In this document: positions 26,672 through 39,835 of the stretch, one piece after another
Numbering within the stretch: position 1 is the first letter of the stretch
Layout of the letters: each line of letters opens with the position of its first letter
From: Puccinia triticina
Lineage: Eukaryota
Assembly: GCA_026914245.1 (NCBI GenBank)
Contig: CP110440.1
Location: 806,001-870,000, forward strand
DNA length: 64,000 bases
Direction of reading: 5' to 3'
Position numbers and translations under genes: made by a program
The notes under the pieces: model-generated
Told to the model about the DNA's origin: nothing
Databases searched by the model: none
The model's input: the letters and a program-made list of their open reading frames with translations, nothing else

Positions 26672-27281
26672 AGGGAGTCCCCAACGTGATAGGATAACTT
26701 TGTTCGATCGACAACGGATAATCGATTTCGACCAAGAAAGCCAGAAATTCCATCGTCTACGGATCTCAACTTCAAGCAGAAAAAGGAATCAAATTCATCA
26801 ACAAATCTATCAAACTTAACGGCATATTCTGTTATTCTGTTGAACAACAAGTTGACTTTTAGGAACATCCAAAAGGACCGATTACGACCCTCTGAAAAGA
26901 AAACTTAACCATCCGAACTGAAAAGAGTATCTCGAAGGAAGCAGCCAGTTATAAAACCTCAAGAAGGGCAAGAGTAAGACCTGAAGAATTTGGATAAATA
27001 GGATCCTGTTAGAAGGGAACTCCGGAATCGTTTGAAGAAAACAGCTGTTTATAAAACCTCAAGAAGGGCAAGTGTAAGACCTGAAGAATTTGGATAGGCA
27101 GAGACTGTTTGAAGAACACTCCCAGAACGGTAAAGTTATTTATATCAATTATTAAAAGAAAACCCCCAATTTGCCCTGGTAAAGAGACCAGAGACCAGAT
27201 ATTATTGTTTCTTTTTCAGAGCACAGTAACAGGTAGCAGCGGATATTCATATTACAAAACCAGGAATCAACACAAACCAGC

Positions 27282-29765
27282 ATGAGTTTACCGTTCAGTC
27301 TACCAGATATGGAGAGCGGATTTGCTCCCTCCACCCCGTTTAGAAACAGAACATTGACAGGAACTTCGGGACTGAATTGGAATTCGGAATCTACAAATCC
27401 ACCTCCACCACCTAGGAAGGACAAGGGAAAGGGACCAGAGAATCAATTCAGAGAGCAGACTGAAGAGGACTTATCAGACACTGATGAAACTCCACAACCC
27501 GAAAATATACCCCCAAGACAAACAACTCCACAACAACAACCTTCTGGGTACGGAATCCACAATACAGAAAATCAGCAAGAATATATGTTTCAGCCTCAAT
27601 TTCAACAACAACAAATACCGGTGCAAAATCCGCAACCTATGTATTATTACCCCCAACCCATACCCCAATCCAAACCAGTCATCATCAAAGAACCTGGGCT
27701 CTTCTACGAGGGTAGCCAGTTTATGAAGTTCCTGCAACGATTTGAGCGAGCGGCATATGGTCACGGAGCGTCGGATCGCGAGAAAGCAATCCAGATACCA
27801 CGATTCATACAAACAGAAGAGTTAAAGTGCCAGCTTGAGGAAATGGATGGATACGATGATTATGATTGGAAGAAGCTTTGAGCGGCAATGGTCAAAGCCT
27901 GGGGTGACCTCGATAATACGATCATGTATACTGTGGATGACCTTATCAAAATAGCTAAGCAACAAGCTAAAGAAGGAATTTCAAGCTATCGGGATTATAA
28001 AGCGTACCTTGCAAAATTCACCCCAATCCTCAAGTATCTAGTAAAGAACGAACATATCAACAAAGACGATGACGCCGGTTTACTATTCTTAAGTGCCTTC
28101 TCGACAGAAAGCCAACGAAGTATTAAACGCACACTCATCAATAAAAATCAGCTTCCGAAGGCCAAGGATGGAAGTAACAAGGCACCAAAATGGAAAGACT
28201 TAACAGAGGCCGCGGAAACGGAGGTACAAGTCGACGAAGGTTACACAAATTTCTCCAGTTTCTCCAAATCCACGCGCATCATGCAGAAGGATTTGGATCT
28301 TAAGAAAGGCGACGGAAAGTGACGAGAGCAGATGCTAAAGGAAAGCCCAAGCAATAAGGAGGTAGAACAGAAACTACAAGAAGTACAGCAGGAGCTTGCC
28401 ACGCTTAAACAACAGATCAAGAATGGAGCACCCACCGGCTACAATCGGCAAGGACCATCAGAAAAACAAGAATTCAACCGCGGAAATGCTCGGCCATCAA
28501 CCCCGCTATATGAATCCCAGAACTGCTTTTATTGCAAGAGAGAAGGACACCCTACCTATCAATGCCCAGAAGCAGCAAAAGACATGAAACAAGGCTTGGT
28601 GAAGCGAATTGGTAAAGAATGGTATTTACCTGACGGCCAGCAAATACCGTGGGTACCTTCGAGACCAATACGATCAGTGGTTGCAGGAGCATCAGCTGAA
28701 CCTTGAATGCAAGAAGCCATCAAGAAACTGGCGGACTCACAGCAAACTGAAAATGGGAACGCACCCTTCATGAAAACCTCAGTACAAACCATCCATTGGA
28801 GCCCTCCTACCTTAGGCGTGGAAAACTTCATGAGATCTCATCCTGTCACCAGGTCAGAAGCTCAAAAAGGCCAACGCGAAGTTAGGATCCAGGAACCAGA
28901 AAGAGATGCCATGGATATTGATCGTGAAGAAGAAGTGGACAGATCACCGAAAGAAACTCCGAAAAAGGCGCCTGAGAAAGTCTGGAGCCGGGAACAAGTA
29001 CCGACAATCCTGAAAAGAGATTCACCAGAGGAAGTTCTACTACAGGACTTAGACAACGTCAAGATTCCCACAACGTTTGCACAACTCACTACGATATTGC
29101 CTTCGTACACAGAACAGATCATAGCAAAATTACAGGGACGTCTGTCAGGCAAGAATACTTCCACCACCTACATCGCAACTGAAGCGGCCAAAGTAGCTGC
29201 ACCAATGACCACCTTACCAGAGGAAGAAGGACCTTCAGATCCATGCTACTACAGTTGTGCCCTGGGATACGTAACCGCGCAAGTTGGGGGAGAAAAAGTC
29301 GACTTTATGGTGGATTCCGGTTCTATGGTCAACGTCATACCCCGATCAGTAGCAGAGGATTTGGAGCTAGAATCTGTGATAGTGAACATACCCATGCAAG
29401 GTGTTGGTGGAGCTAGATGCGACATTACCGGCGTAGTCGAGAACTGCCCAATACAGATCGGCCGATTTTCCGGACCCGCTCACCTCTTTATATCACCAAA
29501 GGCTCAAGATTGTATTTTAGGACGACCTTTTCTATTTGATTACGATTGCACTTTAGAATACCACGAAACAGGGGAGACTCTCATGTTTCAAGGAAACAAG
29601 GGTCGGCGAATTTTGGTACCATTGGCTTGAACCGGACAAGGACGAGGATGGGATAATCAAAAGGATCTCAGTACCAATAGTATGAAATCAGTCCCAACAT
29701 CAGAACCTAGTGATAACGAAGAACATCGAATGTTTAAGAAGAAACCAAATCAGCATTTTTTATAA
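27282..29765 (+). pseudogene. Gypsy B gag-protease with in-frame stops
   Basis: Zinc knuckle CFYCKREGHPTYQC. Protease FMVDSGS...ILGRPFL. TGA interruptions at 27879, 28320, 28704 and 29628. Confidence 0.92.
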
Positions 29766-32700
29766 CTACCGGCATCCAGCTAGGGAGTAACTTGCTTCAG
29801 CTAGTCAAGCAGGTTATATCTCGGACGCCGGGTTCTCTCGACTGGCCTAAATCATTTCTTCTAAAAAACTTCCAACAAACATCAAAACAGACAAAAATAT
29901 ATTTTCCTAAAATCCTATCACTCATAAAGGATATTCTTATCATTTTCCTTACGCTATTGAAAATCTGTAACATTAGAAAAGACTCACTACCAGTTCCAGA
30001 AACAGTGCCTTCAGAAAAACCCGGCATTTTTGGATTAACTCCCTCAGTCAACACCACTAGAATACCAAAATCGGACAGCAACTCACAACAGCTTCTTGGA
30101 TCCTTACTTACTAAAGGTTTGGGATCAAGGTTTCAAGACAGATTGTGCCAGAGTTGGAGGGACGGAAGCTTGTGGTGCATGACAAAGTATAAACCTGTAG
30201 CAAAGAAAATCAGACCAATCAATCAACCAATTCCACAAGCACTGAATCCACCTCTTCAAAGACCACCGCTATCACGAGATCCCTACCAAACACCTCTTAC
30301 GCTTCATCCACCGGACTTTAAGTCTACCGCTAGGATTACGGAAGAACGGTTGAAGGTAGTAAATTTTGGACCCGACGGATGGCTGTGGGAGGAGGAATTA
30401 AAATTATTCAAGCATTTAATTGTGATTTGAGAGAAAGCTGTGGCCTTCACGCCGGAGGAAAGAGGACTCTTGAAACATTCATATGGTTTAACCTATGTCA
30501 TACCGGTAATTGATCATGTACCATGGCAGAAGAAACCAATTCCAATCCCAGCAGCAATCAAAGACAAATACGTGGAGCAAGTACGGGAACGGGTACGGAA
30601 TAAACTCTACGAGCAATCAACATCAAGTTACTCTAGTCCGGTTTTCTGCGTACTCAAACACGACGGGAAGTTAAGGATAGTTCACGACTTACAAGAAATG
30701 AATAAGGTCACCATCAAAGACGCAGGACTACCGCCTGCAACAGAAGAGTTTGTTGAATCCTTTGCCGGACAGGCCTGTTATGGATTGGGCGACATTATGG
30801 GTGGATACGACAAAAGGGAATTGGCCCCGGAATCAAGACCTCTCACCACCTTTGATACTCCACTAGGAAGATTTCAACTCACCAGACTTCCGCAGGGTGC
30901 AACTAATTCAGTAGCAGTATATTAAGCACAAATGATGTGGATTCTTCAGGATGAAATACCCGACCACGTAGGCGTAATTATTGACGATTGCGGTATCAAA
31001 GGGCCAAGTTCCACATACAATGATGAAGTTCTAGAAGAGAATCCGGGAATCCAACGTTTTATCTGGGAATACGCTCAAACACTGGAAAGAATATTATTCC
31101 AAATTGAAGAAGCGGGACTCACTATCTCAGGTAAAAAGTTTGCATGCTGTGTACCTGCCTTGGATATTGTGGGTCATGTGGTCTGCAAAGAAGGACGAAG
31201 GGTTTCGGATCAGAAGAAGAATAAGATAACAACATGGCCAACTCCCAATAACGTCACGGAGCTCCGAGGCTTCATGGGAATCGTAACTTACGTCAGGATT
31301 TTTGTAAAGAATCTGTCCGAAATAGCTGCTCCACTCCAAAGGCTGACACGAAAGGACGTAGAATGGCTCTGGGAAGAAAACTGTGACGATTCCTTCAATC
31401 ATCTAAAAGAGATAATTGGAGAAGATATCACCCTGAAGAACCTTGATTATTCAAAAGACGCAGGGCTTATTGTTTTAGCAGTGGACTCCAGTTTCATTGC
31501 GGCCGGTGCAGTACTTTCACAACAGGAGCTTGAGACCGGATTATATCGACCAGTATTATACGAATCGATTGTGTTTTCGCCGGTTGAGTCAAAATATTCA
31601 CAGCCTAAACTGGAACTCTGTGGGGTGGCACGAATCCTGAAGAAACTCCAAACACTCTTATGGGGTTAACATTTCGAACTCCAAGTGGACGCACAGTCTT
31701 TAATTCAGATGATCAACTCGCCTTCACTTCCCAATGCCCCCATGACAAGATGGGTAGCATTCATCCAACTTTTTTCATTTGAAATGGTGCACAAGCCAGG
31801 GAAAACGTTCACGATGCCAGACGCCTTGTCCAGACGCCCAATAAGTGACGAAGAGGAAGAATTTTACAACGATACGGAAGACTTTGACGAGGAAGAACCC
31901 CTGATCAAAGCCTGCTCACGGTATAACATAATTTCAGCTTCAACAGAACTATTGGAGTGGGAGGCTTCTGGTTTCTGGACAGACCTCAAATATTATCTAC
32001 AAACACTGCAGAGACCTTGTTCTATGGATCCGGAGGACTTTCAGAAACTTAAACAAAAATCGGTTAACTATTTTATCCAGAATGGACGACTCATGAGAAG
32101 ACACTCACCCATGCCGCAACTAGTGATTTCCAAGATATCCTACCAGAGCAAGCTATTACGGATGGTGCACAAAGATCTTGGACACCGAGGGCTTGAGGAA
32201 ACATACCAACAATTAGTCTGTCGATTTTGGTGGCCAAGTTTGAAGAAGAAAGTCAAGTTGTGGGTACATAGTTGCGAACCTTGTCAAAAAAGGGACCCAC
32301 TAGTTCCCCGAGAAATACAGCACCCCACAGGAGAAAGCAGCTTATTCGGACGAGTAGCTTTGGACGTCTGTCATATCAAAGCTGGACAGTACAAGTACTT
32401 ACTAGTGGAACGGGATGATTTGTCTGGATGGGTCGAAGCAGCTCCTCTGGTAAAACTGACAGCCGCAACCATTGGAAAATTTCTCCTTGAAGATTGGGTC
32501 TATCGGTACGGCGTAATCAAAACGGTAACGGCAGACAATGGACCAGAATTCAAGAGCGAATTTATCAAAGCAGTTGAAAAGATTGGAGCAGTATTCAAGC
32601 CGCCCACACCTTATTATCCTGAAGCCAATGGCATGATTGAACAAGGACACCGACCCATTAAAGACACCCTAATCAAGATGTGTGGTGAATCTGGGGGGAA

Positions 32701-33319
32701 ATGGAGGGAGTATCTGCCTTTAGTCCTCTTTGCTGACAGAATTTCAAAAAAACACACAACGGGATATTCACCTTACGAGCTGGTGTTTGGCCAGAAAGCG
32801 GTTCTGCCGGTTGACTTGGAAATGGATACTTATCTAGGAATTGATTGGACTGAAGTCAGCACCACGGAACAACTCTTGGAGGCAAGGACTATGCAACTGG
32901 AAGGTCGAGAAGAAATTCTAGGAATAGCTCACAAAAAGTTGATGAAGGTCAGAAATTCATCTGTTAGATACTGGGATCAACGAATGGCTGCAAGACTTTG
33001 AAAACCGTTAGACTCAGGAGAGTTGGTGTTGGTCTACAACAAAAGCTTGGAAGATCAATGGGGAAAACTCTTTGCAAATCGATGGAACGGACCGTTTAGG
33101 GTTAAGAAACAATTGCCAAAAGGATCTTACATTTTGGAAGAGCTTGACGGTGTCGAACTAAAGAGGGCCTATGCAGCCTCCCATATCAAACGATTTTATC
33201 CTCGCGGACGTAGCCTGGCGGATATACAGCAAGATGAAGACCCTGGACAAGGAGAAGAAAGCGGGGATGATGATTCTAGTAACTCTTCCGGCGATGGGTT
33301 ATCAGATACCTCAAGCTAG
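29762..33319 (+). pseudogene. Gypsy B pol (RT, RNase H, integrase) in the -1 frame, with in-frame stops
   Basis: KLRIVHDLQ, RLPQGATNS, IIDD, LAVDSS, HH-CC zinc finger, DNGPEF, GPF. No chromodomain. Confidence 0.93.
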
Positions 33320-33681
33320 TCTTACCTCCTGGATACGAGACTAAACTGTTCAATCATACCAAATATCACTCATTTTTTTAAGTTGGGGGAGGATACTCAC
33401 ACTCTTTTAATCAGTCATTCTTTATAGATCTGTCCTTCTCCTACCCATTGGTTTATCAGTCAAGAGTTAAGGACATCCCTGGCAAACACGCTTACTCCTC
33501 TTCACAAATTCTTTTTTTCTTCTTTTTTTTCTTTCTGTTTTTTTTCTCTTCTCTCAAGTTTCTTCTCTCTGGTGGAAGGTTGGGGACAACCTGTCTAAGT
33601 TGGGGGAGGGGGGTCTGGGAGGTTCAATCAATTTCTCAATAATGCAAAAAAATTCAAGCCTAAAAAAATTCAAAATAAAAA

Positions 33682-36600
33682 TCCAAGTTTATTAAAGACA
33701 CAGTTTTGACAAAATCAAAAAAATCAAGATCAAGGGTTTCCCCTTACAATTACACAAAATGAAGAAGAAAAAAATCATGGGTTTCCCCATTAACAAAATC
33801 TCAAAAAAAAAATGCTGGGTTTCCCCATCACAAAAAAGACACAAGCAAGTTTTCAAGCTAGCCTTCCAACAGCGGCAAAGCCGTGCCCACAGGCTCAACA
33901 CCCAGCCCGCGTCAAGCGCACGGGTCAAAAGTGATGGACATGAAGGCCCCCGGCCCGCAGCAAAGGCTGCAGACCCGTGGGGGGCCCACTCTTTGCCCCT
34001 CAGACTGCGCACGCGCAACAGCGGAGGGGTTGAGGACAACGGATAGCTGGAAGTGCAGCATCTCCAATTGCCTGGGGATTCAGCTCAACACCCAACTACC
34101 TGCCTTTTAAGCTCTCGGCTCAAACACTTGACTCAATTCTCAGACCCCCAGGCCACCAGAAATTTCCTCCTGCCTATGCCTACGACACGCCGTGGCCCTC
34201 GTAACGGTATCTGATTCCATTCCAACCGCGCCAGCCACTTCGGATCCGGATGAGAGACCAATGTATCCATTGCATTCATTTGGCTTCGCCTACTTCATAC
34301 AGCCCACGCCGCGGGCCTCGCAACCATTCTTGACTACACTTTGACTGGCCTAGATCATCCCTTTGCCCGGAAATTACGCCACAGTGCATGAGTCAGGACT
34401 ACTCACAGCTGCTCAAGATCGTCAGTGACCCCGCCAACGGTTCCGATTTCCCTCGCGCTCTACGGACTTGAATCCTTGAAACTTGAAACCTATTAAGTAT
34501 GTGTTTTTATACCTATCAGGACCAAGATTATCCCTCCTTTTACCGTCCTCACCAGGTGTGATATTCTGATATGCGGCCTTCTTCCATGACAACAAGAGAC
34601 TCACTCTGCTTGGCTTCAAGTTCAGCCATAACCTCCACTGGACGGCATAGTCAAAAGAACGTTCTCCCAAGTGTCAAACAGGGCGGAAGCGGCGGCGGAC
34701 GACGCGAGCGGAGTTCATGCGCTCGGCGGGCTGACTCGGTCTCAGGCTCCATTCAGTTCTATGCAGCTCCCCTGGCGTCGTCGGCTACGCTTGCCCCACC
34801 CTTGACCCCATTGATATAAGATCCGCGTCATCATTCTATATAAGGGTGGCATGCAGGGGGTTTGATGGCCGCTATGAGTCCTTGTGTTGACCACCGTCGG
34901 CGTTGCCAAGTCTGCAGTTGGATATCAGTTGGTTTCTCTTTCCCCCCAAACCTCTCCCTATCAATGTGAACCCAACATACCTGACCATTCCCTCAGACAG
35001 GGTGGCGGAGGCTTGTGGTTGTTCTTGAGAAACGGACTGTTTGCCACCGGGCCCAAGAGCGCAGGCAAGTCGCCCGCAAAGAGAGAAAAAAAGTAAATGG
35101 GAAGGAATTATCTGAAAAGATCGTTCATAGCTGGCAGTTATAAACCCGTACCAAGTGGATTCATTTGTTTGGCACAAGACTATTGAAATCAGCCTTCAGA
35201 ACAGTGGCCGAAGCGTTCAAGGCTTCCCAAAAACCACGAGCTAAGGTAGATGGAGTGGGCTTTAGAGTTCCAGCCGACCTTGGTGTTGGTCCGGCCACGT
35301 TGCCCGCCACAGGGGCCCCGCAACCCAAAGAAGTCATTGAGTCACCAACGCGTATGGTCTCTAAACCTCCACTGAATTGTCTCCCTCCGGCCGGTAATCA
35401 TAGATTGCTTTTCGCCACTTCCTCGACTTCAAACTCCCAGGCCCGGCCTGCTTGCCAAAGGGAGGTTTGCTAGCAGTCACCATTGCTATAGCTCTTGGGC
35501 AATCCTGGGCCACTTACCCAAAGAGCTCAAGGAGGCCCGGGAGCTAGGCATCAGTGCCTTGGGCCGTCTACTGGAACACCCCCCACACATTTTTTTGTGC
35601 GTAAGCTCATCAAGGTTGCTAAGACCAATATGTACTGGCTGGTTTTTGCCTTGACATGAGCGCGCGGCTACGCATCTGTGGGGAACATCCTTAGTGTGTT
35701 TGGGGGCTGGGGGGCCATCATGCGGGTTGGTTGCTTTGTCCCTCACCATAACCCACATTGCCCCCCAGAGACACACCTCCATCCTCAGCGCCAGTGGCAT
35801 GGCCCTTGAAGAGCAGATTCTGGAGGCCCAGGCCACACACACAGCTTTCTTTAATTTTCCTTTCTTCTCTCTAATTATTGCAATGAACATCTGTACTTGA
35901 GCTGTAGTATTAAACTTCCATTGTATCAATGTGTGGAGATGTTTCATGTTCAACAGGAAGACTCTTTTTCATATTTTTCTTCTTCTCATGTATATTCCTG
36001 CTCAGTTGTAATGGAAATCTCCCAGTTTGGCATGACTGATTCAACAAACCAAATCTGCAGTTTTTGTGCAAATTTGGATAAATGTTTCAAAAAAATTGAG
36101 CCCAGAGAGAACAGGGTCCTGCTTTACTGAAAACTTTCTTTTTGAAAATAAAAATCCAACCTGGTTTGAATAATGCAGTCTAAACCAAGGGAGAAAATTC
36201 AATGCTGATTGATTTTGATAGGCATATGTTTTGCCCCATATGAAATATTGTTGAAATACACTATTTCATTTCATGTCCTCTTCTAATCCATCACTGTGCA
36301 TTGTTGAGTTGCTCATCCTTTGACAGCCATACATTTTTAAATCTGGGTTTATTTATTACTTCTTCTGCCATGAACATATATATGGATAATGGGGTGGAGA
36401 ATGAGCTGAGTTTGCCCATGGAAATTTAAAAACCAACTATGGGCCCTTTTTCCACCAGTTAAGTTTTGATTATCTGGGGGCACAGCTTTGCTGATGTTGG
36501 AAGGCTGGTAGAGATTTACTTGTCAATAAAATCCGATTTTTCTTATGTAAAATCCCCCTTTTTTTGTATCCTGGTTTTTGTAGTGGGAAAACCCAACCTG

Positions 36601-37282
36601 TTTTTTTTTTTTTTTTTTGGACTTTTGTTGATGGGGAAACCCATGATGTTTTTTTTTCTCATTTTGTATGATTGTAAGGGGGAACCCTTGATATTATTTT
36701 TTTTGATTTTGGAAAAACTGTGTCTTTAATAAACTTGGATAACAGGGAAGTTTGAAGACATGCTTTGGGTGTCCATATTATTGGTCATTTAAAAATTTGT
36801 CAAATACCCCACCAGGGTGACAGTGGGCCTGTCACTTCTCCACCCTAATGCATGATTTATGTACAAACACAGCTGAAAATTTATTTATTTACTATATATA
36901 TCAGCTTTTTTTGTACTTACAAGCAATACATGATCAGTTATCAACTAAAATGGTCCTTGAGTGTGACACATTAGTCTTTATCTCAAGTATTCTTTCTGCA
37001 AACACTTGCTAATGAATAATAATGTTTAAGATTTATCAGAATCTGTTTAATCTTGAAATTCTGAGTCTCCAGACTCTCCCGTCTCTGGTTGGTATGTAAT
37101 CCTTCAATTCTCCCTCCTGATTCAGGCCTTCTTTATAAGGATCTCTTACAATCTGAAGCCAGAGTTAGTTTCTTAAGTTTGAAGAACTCAAGTCTCAAAT
37201 CTATTTGTGGAAACATAATCTGCAATGTGCTGCTAGACCAAACCCCTTCAGCTTGCAGCGGCGAAGCCGCCTTGGCCTCTAG
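33682..37282 (+). mobile_element. Non-autonomous Helitron
   Basis: 5' A|TC. 3' hairpin GCGGCGAAGCCGC about 8 nt before CTAG|T. No TSD. Inserted between A and T in an A-rich tract. Confidence 0.8.
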
Positions 37283-37298
37283 TAAAATAAAAAATAAA

Positions 37299-38135
37299 GG
37301 GGGTTACTAAACGTACCCGGGTATTTCCGCGTTTGTACCCAGTTTTTGCGTACCCCCTTTTCCGCGTACGTACCCGGTTTTTTTCTATTCATTTCTACGC
37401 GACGCAAATAGGCTTAAAATTCATCTAAAATCCTGAAAAGAATTATGACACATTCAAAATTCCAAAAAAGCAACTTTAAATGATTTAATTAATTTTTTGC
37501 ATACCCCCTTTTCCCCAGTGTGTACTAAGGGAATATCTTTTTTGTTACATGTACCAGGGTTCCAAAAAATTGAGGGAAAATTTAAACATGCATTAGAAGC
37601 TTCCTTTGAAATTTTTGAGAGAAAAAAATAGGTACGTGGCGGGTACATGGTGTGCTTAGTAGAAAAATGACTGCTACATGTATAACTTTTTTGTTACACA
37701 TTTAAAGAGTCTAAAAAATTCAAAAATGTTTCTATAGTGTATATTCTGTGCGCCATTAAATTTATAGCAATGGGCTAAACACCAAACATGAGATATAGGG
37801 GGGCCGGGCAGCCTTAATAGGAACAATCTGCCTAATTATTGAATATTTTTTTTGATAAATTTCTCAGAAGTCTAAGGACTTAAGGGGTTAAATAATGATG
37901 CATATTCTCTGCGCTCTGAAACTTTTGGCAATATTGGTACCTCAGAACATGAAATATAAGGGGTGTGTGGTAGTCATATTGCCTTACTGCGCACCCCTTC
38001 AGGATTCTAGATGAATTTTAAGCCTATTTGCGTTGCGTAGAAATGAGTAGAAAAAAACCGGGTACGCATGCGGAAAAGGGGGTACGCAAAAACCGGGTAC
38101 AAACGCGGAAAAACCGGGTACGTTTAGTAACCCCC
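37299..38135. mobile_element. Long-TIR MITE (Mutator-like)
   Basis: ~140-bp TIRs starting GGGGGTTACTAAACGTACCCGG. 8-bp TSD AAAATAAA. No ORF. Confidence 0.88.
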
Positions 38136-38232
38136 AAAATAAAACAATAAAAATAAAACTAATTATCTTTTTTTTAGTGTTATGGTAGCATAAGTTTTTT
38201 TTTGGATCCACTCCACTTTTATCGGTCAGGTC

Positions 38233-39835
38233 TTAAGTAAGCTGGAAGGAAATTTGGGAGCAATCACTAAAAGCAAGGCAGCAAGATCAGCAAAACAAAA
38301 CAAATATAATCAGACAAAACCAAGAGGGGACTTACAAAAGGCTGGGTGGCCACGATCTGGAAGACCTTGACGTAGTGTTTGAATAAGGCGACGCTGGTAG
38401 GCATCGAGAGCTCATCGACCAAGCGGTTTCCGCGGCAGTAGAAGACAAAACTGGTGATAAAATTCTCGTAGAGATAGGTTACCTTGTCGGAGTGCACATT
38501 GGGGATAGCCACACCCCGGTACTCGGTTGGACAAAGAAGAACTTGGATATCGGCATTGGATAGGGACGGGTAGTCCGCAATCGGTACAGGAGCGAGTTCT
38601 AGCGGGGCTGGAGACCGCATTGGAGAGTCAGCATCAGTGGACTCAGCGGCGTCGGCGTCAGGTTTGGATTCCGCAACCCCCTCAGAGGGGTAAACTTCGA
38701 TGTCCTGAGGAAACGTCTCAGGCGTGGCTGGGCGATCCGCTGTCGTCCAGACGGGAAGATCCGTCCACTCACGGTCGGTTCGGACCGGATCGGGAGGAGG
38801 GACCTACACAAAAGGGTGTCAGCGATCAATCAACGACTCAAGTTGAACAATAAGAATGAAACTCACCCCAGTACCCCAAACGAACGGCGGATCGTTATTG
38901 GCGGGAGCGGAAGCACCATCATCTTGAGGGCCCAACCCAGGAGGGTATGCCAAGCCACCAGTACCCGACGTGCACGCGGAAGAATCGACTCCCGGGCCTT
39001 GAGGACTCGAGGAAGGGGAGGTGATATTGGACGGACGGGGGGCAGCGGGAAGCGGCCAGTCGACATTGATGACCATCCGATTGCTGGTCATCATCTAAAC
39101 ACCCGCACAAACAACTCAGTACTGACAAAAAAAAAAAGGAAGATCCTGAATCGACATTACTTACTGGAGAGCCCTGCTCAGCAGGGCGGTACACAGGAGA
39201 GGTACCACTCGGCGCCCAGCCGGCTTCACAGCGCTGGTAGACGGGCGAAGCGGGGGCCGCCCCTCCAGGGGTCGGCGCCAGTTGGAAACGGGGGTGTAAA
39301 CCCACAAAACCCGGGGGTACCCTTGACGGGCTCGGACTTGGGGTTTCAAAAGCTGACGGGGTTGGGGTAGCAGGTCTATTACCCAGGAGCTGCGGGTCGG
39401 ATACCCGGATCAACAATGATCCGACAGACCGGATCGGATAAACAGAAGAAATACTTACTTCGTTGACCTGGGATACGGCGGCCGGATCGACCACAAAGGG
39501 ACGATCAGGATCCGCTCCCTGATCTTGGGATCCGCGGCCACGACGGGCTCTCGCTTGAGCGGACCGCGCGAAACCGTCCAAACGGGTCTGAGACCAACAA
39601 AGCCATGACGGGCTAACTCTGCGAGCCCGGTAAACGGGCTGATCCAGAATGATAATAGGATTATGCACCGAGAAACCCGCCTATCAAACGAATAGCGTGA
39701 GACTTGGAAGGAAACTAAAAGATACGAGTCAAGAAGAAAACGCACTCGCGATGCGGCTCCCGCGGAGGAAGCTCAACAACGAATAGGATAGGGCGCTGGG
39801 GAATAATAGGTTCTATAAGTCGAGGAAACCGGCAT
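38233..39835 (-). pseudogene. Spliced antisense accessory gene of Gypsy B (unknown function; one nonsense codon in exon 1)
   Basis: Exons 39835-39746, 39680-39459, 39389-39165, 39094-~38868 and further, all with GT-AG introns. TATAAAA at ~39925. Homologous to 51715-~50030. Confidence 0.8.

Noticed and set aside
33681..36740. Long-TIR DNA transposon
   Set aside because: No TSD. The A|TC start and the downstream hairpin-CTAG|T fit a Helitron better.
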